Source of the DNA: an uncultured Planctomycetales bacterium
GTDB lineage: Bacteria; Planctomycetota; UBA1135
DNA: 64,000 nucleotides
Direction: 5' to 3'
NCBI GenBank assembly: GCA_964342475.1
Contig: CAYFGE010000016.1
Span: forward strand, 2,742 to 66,741
This document shows positions 35,432-43,798 of this stretch, piece by piece (position 1 is the stretch's first letter; every line of letters begins with the position of its first letter). The notes beneath the pieces are model-generated. The model did no database searches and was not told where the DNA came from. It was given only the letters and a program-made list of their open reading frames with translations. The translations under genes and the position numbers were made by a program.

Positions 35432-35728
35432 ATGCACATCATCGCCGCCGAGGTCGTGGCCGCCGCGGGCAAGCGGGAGGACCTGCTCCAGCTGTGCCGC
35501 TCCATGCTGGCCCCCAGCCGCGCCGAGGCCGGCTGCATCAGCTACCGCTTCTTCGAGGCCCCGGACACCCCCGGCCACGTCCTGTTCTTCGAGGAGTGGC
35601 GGGACATGGCGGCGATCGACTTCCACTTCGCCACCCCCCACTTCACCGACTTCGCGGCGAAGATTCCCGGGCTGATCGACGGCGAGCCGAAGGTGGCGAT
35701 CTACGAGGCCGCGCCGGTCCCGGCCTAG
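35432..35728 (+). CDS. Antibiotic-biosynthesis-monooxygenase (ABM) domain protein (98 aa)
   Basis: It is the C-terminal 98 aa of ORF 35012..35728. GCISYRFFEAPDTPGHVLFFEEWRDMAAIDFHFATPHF is the typical ABM ferredoxin-like fold pattern. Confidence 0.8.
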   Translation: MHIIAAEVVAAAGKREDLLQLCRSMLAPSRAEAGCISYRFFEAPDTPGHVLFFEEWRDMAAIDFHFATPHFTDFAAKIPGLIDGEPKVAIYEAAPVPA

Positions 35729-38136
35729 TCGGCCTTCAGCTCGAGGACGCCGGCGGACCAGCCCGCCTGCAGCTGGATGCGCGCGCGCAGCGCCGTGGTC
35801 TCGACCGGCGCGAAGGCCACGCGGTTGAAGCGGTCGCGCTCGACGCCGTGGACGCTGCCGGTCGGCACCGGCCGCCAGCTCCCGCCGTCGAGGTACTCGA
35901 GGCGCCAGGATGCCGGCACGCGGCAGCCGCCGCCGCGCGTGCGGTCGTCGAACCAGTAGACCTCGACCGCGCCGAGGGTGACCGGGCCGGGGAAGTCGAG
36001 GCGCAGCCACTCCTCGGTGCCGCGGTGGTCCCAGAAGGTCATCCGCGGCAGCTCGTGGTCGTCCGAGGAGGCGGGCTCGCGACCGTCGTTGACCGCCGCG
36101 GGGCTGTCGCTGCTCCAGCAGTGCGAAGCGCTGACCGTCGCGTCGCGGGCCACCGTCGGCGCCGCCGGCATCTCGGCCAGCTCCGCCTCGCGCGGCAGCC
36201 AGACCTGCATCGAGCCCGGCCCGCGGTGGGACCACACCGCGTAGGGGATCAGCTGCAGCGGGACGGCTTCGCTGCGGACGCTCCCGTCCTCGGCCCGGCC
36301 GGCGCGGCGCGCCTCCCCGCGCAGCACGGTGACCCCGCCGAGCAGGCCCGGCTCGTGCACTGAGCGCAGCGCGCCGGGGGCGGTCCCCTCCTGCGGCAGG
36401 AAGAGGTCGAGCACTTCGCCGTCGTGGTCCACCGCCTCGGCGCAGTAGACCACGGGGCCGCGCTCGACGGCGACGCGGCCGAGGTCCGCCTCGACGCGCG
36501 GGTCTGCGGCGACGAGCCGCACCGGCATGGCCAGGTCGAGGACCAGCTTCTCGCCGCCGCGCCACTCGCGCTCCACGACGGCGAAGCCGTCGACCAGCTC
36601 GGGCTGCAGCGGTTCGCCGTCGAGGCTCAGGCTCCACCCGCCGTGCGGGCCGTCCTCGTAGCGGTAGAGCCCGCCGGGGAGCGCCTCGCCGCGGGCCCAG
36701 CCGGGCACGCGCAGGTGCAGGGCGAAACGGGCCGGCTGCTCGAGGCCGACCTCGAGCTCGACCCTCCCCTCCCAGGGATAGGCGGTGCGCTGCACGAGGC
36801 GGAGCGGGGCGCCGTCGAGGTCGATCTCGGCCTCACCGCCGACATAGAGGTTGGTGTAGACCGAGCGGCCGCGCACCGCGTGCACGAAGCCGGCGATCGA
36901 GGGCAGGAAGCGCACCACGTTCACCGGGCAGCAGGAACAATTGAACCACGGCGAGCGCTCGCCGCCCGAGCCGCGGCGCGCCAGCGGGTTCGGGTAGAAG
37001 AAGCGGTCGCCCGACAGCGCCACGCCGGACAGGAAGCCGTTGTAGAGCGTGCGCTCGAGCACGTCGAGGTAGCGGCCGTCGCCGTGCAGCAGGAACATCC
37101 GGTGGTTCCACATCGCGAAGGCGATCGCGGCGCAGGTCTCGTTGTAGGCCGCGGCGTTCGGCAGCTCGTAGGCGTCGCCGAAGGCTTCACCCTGGTGGCG
37201 CGCGCCGATCCCGCCGGTGAGGTAGGTCTTGCGGTGGACGACGTCGGCCCAGAGGGTGTCGATGGCGTCGACGTAGCTGCGGTCGCCGGTCAGTGCCGCG
37301 ACGTCGGCCATCGCGCTGTACATGTAGGCCGCGCGCACCGCGTGGCCGACCGCCTCGGTCTGCTCGACGACGGGCAGGTGGTCCTGCTGGTAGGCCGGCA
37401 GGTGCTCGGGGTTCGGCCGCCCCTCGCCGCGCCCGCGCTGGTCGAGGAAGTACTTCGCCAGGTCGAGGTAACGCTCCTCCCCGGTGGCGCGGTAGAGGCG
37501 CGCGAGGCCGATCTCGATCTCCTGGTGGCCGGGCACGTCGCGCCGCGCGTCCCAGCCGAAGGTGCGGTCGACGAGGTCGGCGCTGCGGATCGCCACGTCG
37601 AGCAGCTCGCGCTTGCCGGTGGCCTCGAAGTAGGCCACGGCGGCTTCGTACATGTGGCCGATGTTGTAGAGCTCGTGACTGCCGCGGTGCACCCACGCCC
37701 AGCGCTCCGGACCGGCGCCCGGAGCCGGGTTCTCCGGGTCGATGTTGCGCCCGGTGTAGAGGTAGCCGTCCTCGGTCTGTGCGCCGGCGATGTCGGCGAT
37801 CAGCGCGTCGAGGAAGGCCTCGAGCTCGGGATCGGGGTGGGTCGCCAGGGTGGCGGCGGCGCCCTCGATCACCTTGAAGACGTCCGAGTCGTTGTAGATG
37901 ATCCCCTCGAAGTCGCCCTCGATCCGGCCGGCGGCCTTGGCGAAGTTCGCCAGGCGGCCGGTCTCCTCGCACTTGGCGAAGTCGTAGCGCACGGTCACCT
38001 CGCGGTTCGTGTCGAGGCGGGGCTTCCAGAAGGGCCCGTCGATGCGGACCTGCCGGAAGGGCACGGGGCGGACGGGGTAGTCCTGGGGCATGGCCGGAGC
38101 GGCCGCGAGGCACAGGGGGAGCAGGCCGAGCAGCAT
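35725..38136 (-). CDS. GH127 (DUF1680, beta-L-arabinofuranosidase-type) glycoside hydrolase with a C-terminal F5/8-type C (discoidin-like) domain
   Basis: Starts at Met84 of ORF 35725..38385 (MLLGLLPLCLAAAPA, a signal peptide). GHELYNIGHMYEAAVAYF, YNETCAAIAF and FNCSCCPVNV give the Glu/Cys3 site pattern of this family. The C-terminal ~140 aa end ...ALRARIQLQAGWSAGVLELKAD. Confidence 0.9.
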   Translation of the reverse strand: MLLGLLPLCLAAAPAMPQDYPVRPVPFRQVRIDGPFWKPRLDTNREVTVRYDFAKCEETGRLANFAKAAGRIEGDFEGIIYNDSDVFKVIEGAAATLATHPDPELEAFLDALIADIAGAQTEDGYLYTGRNIDPENPAPGAGPERWAWVHRGSHELYNIGHMYEAAVAYFEATGKRELLDVAIRSADLVDRTFGWDARRDVPGHQEIEIGLARLYRATGEERYLDLAKYFLDQRGRGEGRPNPEHLPAYQQDHLPVVEQTEAVGHAVRAAYMYSAMADVAALTGDRSYVDAIDTLWADVVHRKTYLTGGIGARHQGEAFGDAYELPNAAAYNETCAAIAFAMWNHRMFLLHGDGRYLDVLERTLYNGFLSGVALSGDRFFYPNPLARRGSGGERSPWFNCSCCPVNVVRFLPSIAGFVHAVRGRSVYTNLYVGGEAEIDLDGAPLRLVQRTAYPWEGRVELEVGLEQPARFALHLRVPGWARGEALPGGLYRYEDGPHGGWSLSLDGEPLQPELVDGFAVVEREWRGGEKLVLDLAMPVRLVAADPRVEADLGRVAVERGPVVYCAEAVDHDGEVLDLFLPQEGTAPGALRSVHEPGLLGGVTVLRGEARRAGRAEDGSVRSEAVPLQLIPYAVWSHRGPGSMQVWLPREAELAEMPAAPTVARDATVSASHCWSSDSPAAVNDGREPASSDDHELPRMTFWDHRGTEEWLRLDFPGPVTLGAVEVYWFDDRTRGGGCRVPASWRLEYLDGGSWRPVPTGSVHGVERDRFNRVAFAPVETTALRARIQLQAGWSAGVLELKAD

Positions 38137-38285
38137 GATCGGCGGCCATTCTTGCCCCCATCGGGCTCCCGGCAAGCAAAATCCCAGGCCTGGAGGATTC
38201 GCGCAAGTCCTTGTAAGAATGTGACTTGGACGTCTTCCAACCAGACCGGGGAGGATTCCCGGGCCGAATTCGACCTTGGCAATCC

Positions 38286-38308
38286 GGTATACCGCATTAC
38301 AGTATAGC
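38286..38308. promoter_or_regulatory. AT-rich inverted repeat immediately upstream of padR (candidate operator/promoter)
   Basis: GGTATACC palindrome (38286-93). TATAC (38288-92) and GTATA (38302-06) form an inverted repeat separated by 9 nt. It is the only AT-rich patch in this intergenic region and ends 4-6 nt before ATG 38312. Confidence 0.3.
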
Positions 38309-38311
38309 TCG

Positions 38312-38674
38312 ATGACCGATACCCACGAACCCGCCGAACAGCGTTGGCTGACCCAGCTCCGCAAGGGGCTGCTCGAGATCTGCACGCTGGCCGTCCTCCG
38401 CCAGGAGGACGGCTACGGCTACCAGATCGTCCAGCGCCTCAAGCAGGTGGACGGCCTGACCATGAACGAGGGCACCGTCTACCCGATCCTCGCCCGCCTC
38501 CACCGCGAGGGCTGCCTCGAGACCTACCGCCAGCCCTCCGACAGCGGGCCGCCGCGCAAATGGTTCCGCCTCACGCCCGCCGGGGCCGAGCGCCTGCGCT
38601 CGATGAGCCTCGAATGGGAACGCCTCCACGACGGCTTCCGCCGACTCCTCGCCGACACCCCGCCGACCGACTGA
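38312..38674 (+). CDS. PadR family transcriptional regulator
   Basis: Starts at Met13 of ORF 38276..38674. LRKGLLEICTLAVLRQEDGYGYQIVQRL..., EGTVYPILARLHREGCLE, RKWFRLTPAG. Confidence 0.9.
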   Translation: MTDTHEPAEQRWLTQLRKGLLEICTLAVLRQEDGYGYQIVQRLKQVDGLTMNEGTVYPILARLHREGCLETYRQPSDSGPPRKWFRLTPAGAERLRSMSLEWERLHDGFRRLLADTPPTD

Positions 38675-38679
38675 ACGCC

Positions 38680-39381
38680 ATGACCGAAGACCACACTCTC
38701 CGCCGCCGCACCGCTGCCTACGTCCAGGCCGTGAGCGACGCCCTGACCCACCACGAGGCCGAGGAACGCGAGCAGATCCTGCAGGACCTCGAGGCCCACA
38801 TCGAGGACGCCCTCCGCGCGCGCGGGACCGCGCCGACGATGGCCGACCTCGAGGCCGTGCTCGCCGACCTCGGCGCGCCCGCCGACTGGGCCGCCGAGCA
38901 GCCGGCCGGCCCCGCCCCCGCCGGGCCGCCGCGCACTTCCCGCAAGGCGCTCCTCTCCCTCGTCTGGTCCGCCGCCTTCCTCGGCATCGCGCTGCCCATG
39001 ATGTTCATCGTGCGCGTCGAGGAGTCCGGCGCCGAAGCCGGGCCCGGCTTGGGCGACCTGCTGCTGCGCGCCGTCGGCTGGGTCGCCCTCGCCGGCGCCC
39101 TCGGCGGCCCGGTGCTCGGCTCGATGGCCCTGACCGCCATCCGCCACTCGCGCGGCGCGCTGAGCGGAGTCGCCATGGCGGTGATCGGGACGGCCATCCC
39201 GCCGCTCGTCGTCCTCGACCTCCTCCTCCTCGGCATCGCCTCCTTCCTCTTCGAGCCCGGCCTGATGGAGGCCCTGTCCCTGCTCGGGATCCTGGTCCTC
39301 GACGTGGTGATCGTGGTCCTGGCCGTCCAGCGGGTGAAGCGGTCGATCCCTGCCGCCGGCCTCAGGCCGGCGGCCGCCTGA
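38680..39381 (+). CDS. PadR-associated membrane protein (DUF1700/HAAS-like N-terminus, polytopic C-terminus)
   Basis: It is the C-terminal 233 aa of ORF 38344..39381. Its N-terminus YVQAVSDALTHHEAEEREQILQDLEAHIEDAL is typical of the partner genes found after padR. It is followed by 4 TM segments. Confidence 0.7.
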   Translation: MTEDHTLRRRTAAYVQAVSDALTHHEAEEREQILQDLEAHIEDALRARGTAPTMADLEAVLADLGAPADWAAEQPAGPAPAGPPRTSRKALLSLVWSAAFLGIALPMMFIVRVEESGAEAGPGLGDLLLRAVGWVALAGALGGPVLGSMALTAIRHSRGALSGVAMAVIGTAIPPLVVLDLLLLGIASFLFEPGLMEALSLLGILVLDVVIVVLAVQRVKRSIPAAGLRPAAA

Positions 39382-40270
39382 GGCGCGCGTCGACCTCCGC
39401 CCGGCGCGGCAGGGCGGGCTGTGCGCCGGCCCCGGCGCAGGCGAGGGCGCCGGCGGCGCAGGCGAAGCGCAGGGCCTCGCCGGCGGAGGCTCCCTCGGCC
39501 AGACGGGTGGCGAGGGCGCCGCAGAAGGCATCGCCGGCGCCGGTCGTGTCGACCACCTCGACGGGCTCGACGCGCTGGACGAGGAGGCCGTCCGCGTCCC
39601 GCCACATCGCCCCGTCGGCGCCGAGGGTCAGCACCACCGCGCGCACCCCGCGCGCGAGCAGGCGCTCCGCCAGCGCCGCGGGCTCGGCGTCCCCTCCGGC
39701 GAGCTGGGCGGCCTCGACCCGGTTGACCACCAGGACGTCGAGCCCGGCGAGCAGCTCGCCCGGCAGGTCGCGCGCCGGGGCGGCGTTCAGGACGGTGCGC
39801 ACGCCGGCCTCGCGTGCCGCGCGCGCGGCGGCGATCACGGCGGTCAGCGGCACCTCGAGCTGCAGCAGCAGGGCGTCGGCGCCGGGCAGGCGCGCCGCCA
39901 CGGCGGCCGCGTCCAGCGCGGCGTTCGCCCCGGGGGCGACCACGATCTGGTTCTCGCCGTCGCGCCGGACCGTGATCACCGCCACGCCGCTCGGCAGCGC
40001 GGCGTCCACCGCCAGGCCGTCGAGCTCGAGTCCCTCCCGGGCCAGCCCGGCGCGCAGCTCGGCGCCGAAGGGGTCGTCGCCGACCGCCCCGACGAAGGCC
40101 ACGCGCGCGCCGAGCCGGGCCGCTGCCACGGCCTGGTTGGCGCCCTTGCCACCGCCGTAGGTGGCGAAGCCGGCGCCGGTCAGGGTCTCGCCGGGCGCGG
40201 GGAAGCGCGCGGTGCGCACGACCAGGTCGAGGTTGACCGAGCCGGCGACGACGAGGCGCGGCGCGCTCAC
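39362..40270 (-). CDS. rbsK: Ribokinase (PfkB family)
   Basis: Its GTG start overlaps the upstream stop (GTGA). VVAGSVNLDLVV, GGKGANQAVAAARLG, DTTGAGDAFCGAL. Confidence 0.88.
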   Translation of the reverse strand: MSAPRLVVAGSVNLDLVVRTARFPAPGETLTGAGFATYGGGKGANQAVAAARLGARVAFVGAVGDDPFGAELRAGLAREGLELDGLAVDAALPSGVAVITVRRDGENQIVVAPGANAALDAAAVAARLPGADALLLQLEVPLTAVIAAARAAREAGVRTVLNAAPARDLPGELLAGLDVLVVNRVEAAQLAGGDAEPAALAERLLARGVRAVVLTLGADGAMWRDADGLLVQRVEPVEVVDTTGAGDAFCGALATRLAEGASAGEALRFACAAGALACAGAGAQPALPRRAEVDARLRRPPA

Positions 40271-42678
40271 GAGCCGGCCTCCCCCGCCCCCTCGCGGCGG
40301 TGCACGGTGGCCCAGACCTCGCGCTTGGCGTCGAGGTCGCGCAGCTGCTTGCGGCCGAGCTCGAGGTCGACGGCCAGCGTGACCACCTCGTGCGCGCGGA
40401 AGCCGACGCGCAGCTCGCTCCAAGCCGGGGCGAGCCCGTCGCCTTCCGGGGGCGGCGCGACCCCGCGAGCCTCGAGCGCCTCGGCGCGCTCCCCGAGCAG
40501 GTCGGTGCGCGCGGCGGAGAGCACCCGCCCCGGCAGCAGCACGCGCGCCTCGGCCGGTCGGCCGTCGGTCTCGACCAGACGAAGGACGAACGGAGGACCG
40601 GCATCCGGCGCACATCCCGCCAGCGCCACCGCGGGATCGCGGTACAGCGCGCTCGGCACGACGCCCGGCGCATCGAGGACCACCGGGCCGGGCAGGACGG
40701 CGGGCAGCTCCGCCGGCGGCGGCGGACCGTCCGTCATGTGGCCGCGCGCCACCCGGTCGCCGTCCTCCGCCGGCTCGGCCAGTTCGCGGGCCAGGCGGTA
40801 CAGGGCGGCCGGCGCGAGCGGTCCGTGCCGAAGCAGCCAGACCGAGGCCTCGAGCTCCATCCGCGCCTCGCTCTGGTCCCACGGGTCGCGCGTGAGGAGC
40901 TGCAGCTCGACGCCGCGCGCGGTGCGGAAGAACTGCTGGCTGCCGTCGTGCGCGACGAGCAGGCCGCCCGAGCCGTCGGCGGCGCGCAGCTCGGCGAAGT
41001 GGAGGCCGGTGAAGGGCGCCTCGACCTCTTCGAACCACTGCGGCGAGGTCATCCAGTCGCCGCTCGGGTACTTGCGCGGCCAGCGCCCGCCGGGCTCCCG
41101 CCGCTCGACGGCGAAGGGCGAGTCGCTCCACACCTCGCCGAGCTCGAAGGCGGGCTCGACGACGAGGCGGAGGCCGCCGTTCAGCCCGGGGCGGAGCTCG
41201 ACGCCGGCGCTCGGATCGAAGCGCGGGCGCAGGCGGACCGCGTCGTGCAGCGGCGCCGGCTCGGCCTCGAGCCAGGCGGCGCGGCGTCCCGCCGGCAGCT
41301 GCTCCAGCGGGCCTTCGGCCGTGTCGGCGCGCAGGCGCGGGCCGTCCGCTCCGCAGGCGTCGGTGACCAGCGCGCCGAGGTCGGCCGGGGTGGGCAGCGG
41401 CTGCAATCCGTCCTCCGGGTCGAGGATGCGCATCCCGAAGCCGGGGACGGCGGGCACCACCCAGCGGCGGCCGGCGCGCTCGACCACCACGTCGCGTTCC
41501 CAGCCGAGCCGGTTCGCGACGACCATCCGGCCGGCGGCGCGCCAGCCGAGGTGGCGCAGCGTGCGCTCGCGGACGCCGTCCGCCAGCGCGCGGGCGCGGC
41601 GGAACTGCTCGTGGCCGACGGAACCGCACAGCCCCTCGCACTCGTGGTTGTCGTGGTGCTGCGCCGCGAGCAGCTCGCGCCAGCCCTCCTCGAGCTCCCA
41701 GGCCGGGTAGACGTCCCAGTTCGGGTAGGGACGACCGAGCAGGCCGGCCCAGGCCGCGACGGCCTCAGCGCCCAGCAGGGCCTCCTCGGCGGTGCGGCCC
41801 GCGCGCGGCACGGCGTCGCCGTTCTTGCCCAGGCTCATGCCGTGCCAGGTCGCGTCGAGCGGATAGCGCCGCAGCGGCGGCGCGGCGCCGGCCGCGGCGT
41901 GGGCCTCGCGCAGCTCGGCGACGAGCGGCCCGAGGGTGCGCGGTCGCAGCTCGAAGCGGGGATCCTCGCGCAGTCGTTGCAGCTCGGGCAGCAGCACCTC
42001 GCTGCGGCACATCCAGTCCGGCGAGGGCATGAGCTCGAGCCACTGCACCAGGGCGGGCGCGACCGCCTCGGTCGCAGCGGCTTCCTCCAGCACCTGCGCG
42101 AAGTCCTCCGGCCACTGGTGCAGGCACAGGCCGTTGCGCGGCAGGGCGGGCAGCCTGGAGCCGTCGACCCCCTCCCACTCGACCAGCGAGACCTGCTCGC
42201 GCGGTAGCTCGGGCGTGTGCCAGGTCCACTGGAAGAACAGGCAGGCCGCCTCGTAGCCGCAGCCGCGCAGGAGCTGCGGCAGCTGCGGGAAGAAGTCGAA
42301 CTCCTCCTCCCAGAAGGAGCGCGGCCGCACCCCGAGCAGGCGCTCCGCCACCCGCACGCCGAGGACGCGCTGCCGGACGTTCGACTCACCGCCCTGGAAC
42401 AGGCCGTAGGGCTGGCCGTAGCTGCCGCCGACGACCTCGACCGTGCCGGCGGCGACCGCCTCGCGCAGCGCTTCCAGCGCGGCGGGGTGCTGCGCGGCCA
42501 TGCGCTCGTAGCCGACGCCGTCGAAGTTGACGTTGCCGACCACCTCCGCCTCGCGGCACAGGCGCAGCATGTCGGCCACCGAGCCGGGCAGCACGCCGCC
42601 CCCCCACAGCCACTCCATGTCCACCCAGTGCATGTGGTTGCCGAAGGTGTAGGACAGGGGCTTGCGCGGGCCGGCCAT
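40267..42678 (-). CDS. GH38-like glycoside hydrolase (alpha-mannosidase family fold)
   Basis: YTFGNHMHWVDMEWLWG at the N-terminus, VVGGSYGQPYGLFQGGESNVRQ. Length ~800 aa. The start is taken at Met10 (MAGPRKPLSY); 42705 is also possible. Confidence 0.75.
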   Translation of the reverse strand: MAGPRKPLSYTFGNHMHWVDMEWLWGGGVLPGSVADMLRLCREAEVVGNVNFDGVGYERMAAQHPAALEALREAVAAGTVEVVGGSYGQPYGLFQGGESNVRQRVLGVRVAERLLGVRPRSFWEEEFDFFPQLPQLLRGCGYEAACLFFQWTWHTPELPREQVSLVEWEGVDGSRLPALPRNGLCLHQWPEDFAQVLEEAAATEAVAPALVQWLELMPSPDWMCRSEVLLPELQRLREDPRFELRPRTLGPLVAELREAHAAAGAAPPLRRYPLDATWHGMSLGKNGDAVPRAGRTAEEALLGAEAVAAWAGLLGRPYPNWDVYPAWELEEGWRELLAAQHHDNHECEGLCGSVGHEQFRRARALADGVRERTLRHLGWRAAGRMVVANRLGWERDVVVERAGRRWVVPAVPGFGMRILDPEDGLQPLPTPADLGALVTDACGADGPRLRADTAEGPLEQLPAGRRAAWLEAEPAPLHDAVRLRPRFDPSAGVELRPGLNGGLRLVVEPAFELGEVWSDSPFAVERREPGGRWPRKYPSGDWMTSPQWFEEVEAPFTGLHFAELRAADGSGGLLVAHDGSQQFFRTARGVELQLLTRDPWDQSEARMELEASVWLLRHGPLAPAALYRLARELAEPAEDGDRVARGHMTDGPPPPAELPAVLPGPVVLDAPGVVPSALYRDPAVALAGCAPDAGPPFVLRLVETDGRPAEARVLLPGRVLSAARTDLLGERAEALEARGVAPPPEGDGLAPAWSELRVGFRAHEVVTLAVDLELGRKQLRDLDAKREVWATVHRREGAGEAGS

Positions 42679-42737
42679 GGGCGGTGGAAGGTTAGCTCCC
42701 CGCACGGGGCGCGCCAGGGCGCGGCTACGCTTTCCGC

Positions 42738-43796
42738 ATGGCCCTGGAAGAGCTGTCCCGTCTGCGCAACGCCCGCCGCCGCCGCGAGTCCTCCTACGAC
42801 CGCTCCGGCGGCAACTTCGACTTCGTCGTCGTCCCGCCCGGCGAGCGCCACGTGCTCGGCGAGCTCGAGGGTCCCGGCACGATCCGCCACCTCTGGATCA
42901 CGGCGCTGTCCGACGACCCCGACCTGCTGCGCACGGCCAGCCTGCGCATCTTCTGGGACGGCTGCGAGGAGCCCAGCGTGGACGCCCCGCTCGGCGACTT
43001 CTTCGGCGTCGGCTGCGGCGAGACGGTCAACTTCGCCTCGCTGCCGCTGTCGATGATGCCGCAGGACGGCAAGGGCATGAACTGCTTCTTCCCCATGCCC
43101 TTCCGCCGCAGCGCGCGCGTCGAGGTTTGGAACGAGGGCGCGCACGAGCTGAAGCACCTCTTCTACTACGTCGACTGGGAGCAAGGCCCGGTCGAGCCCG
43201 ACCGCGGCTACTTCCACGCCTGCTTCCAGCGGGAGAACCCCTGCGAGGGCATCTCCGACGCGGGCATGAGCAACTGGGACTTCCAGATGGAGGGCAAGAA
43301 CCCCGACGGCGCGGAGAACTACACCGTGCTCGACTTCGAGGGACGCGGCCACTACGTCGGCTGCGTGCTCAGCCTGCACAACCTGCGCGTGACCGACCAG
43401 AACAACTGGTACGGCGAGGGCGACGACATGATCTTCCTCGACGGCGACACGACGCCGACCCTGCACGGCACGGGCACCGAGGACTACTTCAACACGGCCT
43501 GGGGGCCGCGGCAGTCCTTCAGCGGGCCCTACGCCGGCATGACGCTGCCCGGCGGCGAGAACTACTGCGGACGGATCTCGATGTACCGCTTCCACATCGA
43601 GGACCCGGTCATGTTCGAGCGCTCGATCCGGGTCACGATCGAGCACGGCCACGCCAACCGGCGCAGCGACGACTGGTCCACGGTGGCCTACTGGTACGCC
43701 GAGGAGCCGGGCAGCCCGCGGCTGCCGCGGGTCGCGGTGGCCGACCGCCTCCCCCACCCGGCCGACCACCTACCCGGCCTGCCCTGCGTCGAGTAG
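42738..43796 (+). CDS. DUF2961 / GH172 family glycoside hydrolase
   Basis: SSYDRSGGNFDF, GPGTIRHLWIT, DAPLGDFFG, GMNCFFPMPF, NNWYGEGDDMIFLDGD, LHGTGTEDYFN, MYRFHIEDPV. Confidence 0.9.
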   Translation: MALEELSRLRNARRRRESSYDRSGGNFDFVVVPPGERHVLGELEGPGTIRHLWITALSDDPDLLRTASLRIFWDGCEEPSVDAPLGDFFGVGCGETVNFASLPLSMMPQDGKGMNCFFPMPFRRSARVEVWNEGAHELKHLFYYVDWEQGPVEPDRGYFHACFQRENPCEGISDAGMSNWDFQMEGKNPDGAENYTVLDFEGRGHYVGCVLSLHNLRVTDQNNWYGEGDDMIFLDGDTTPTLHGTGTEDYFNTAWGPRQSFSGPYAGMTLPGGENYCGRISMYRFHIEDPVMFERSIRVTIEHGHANRRSDDWSTVAYWYAEEPGSPRLPRVAVADRLPHPADHLPGLPCVE

Positions 43797-43798
43797 GC

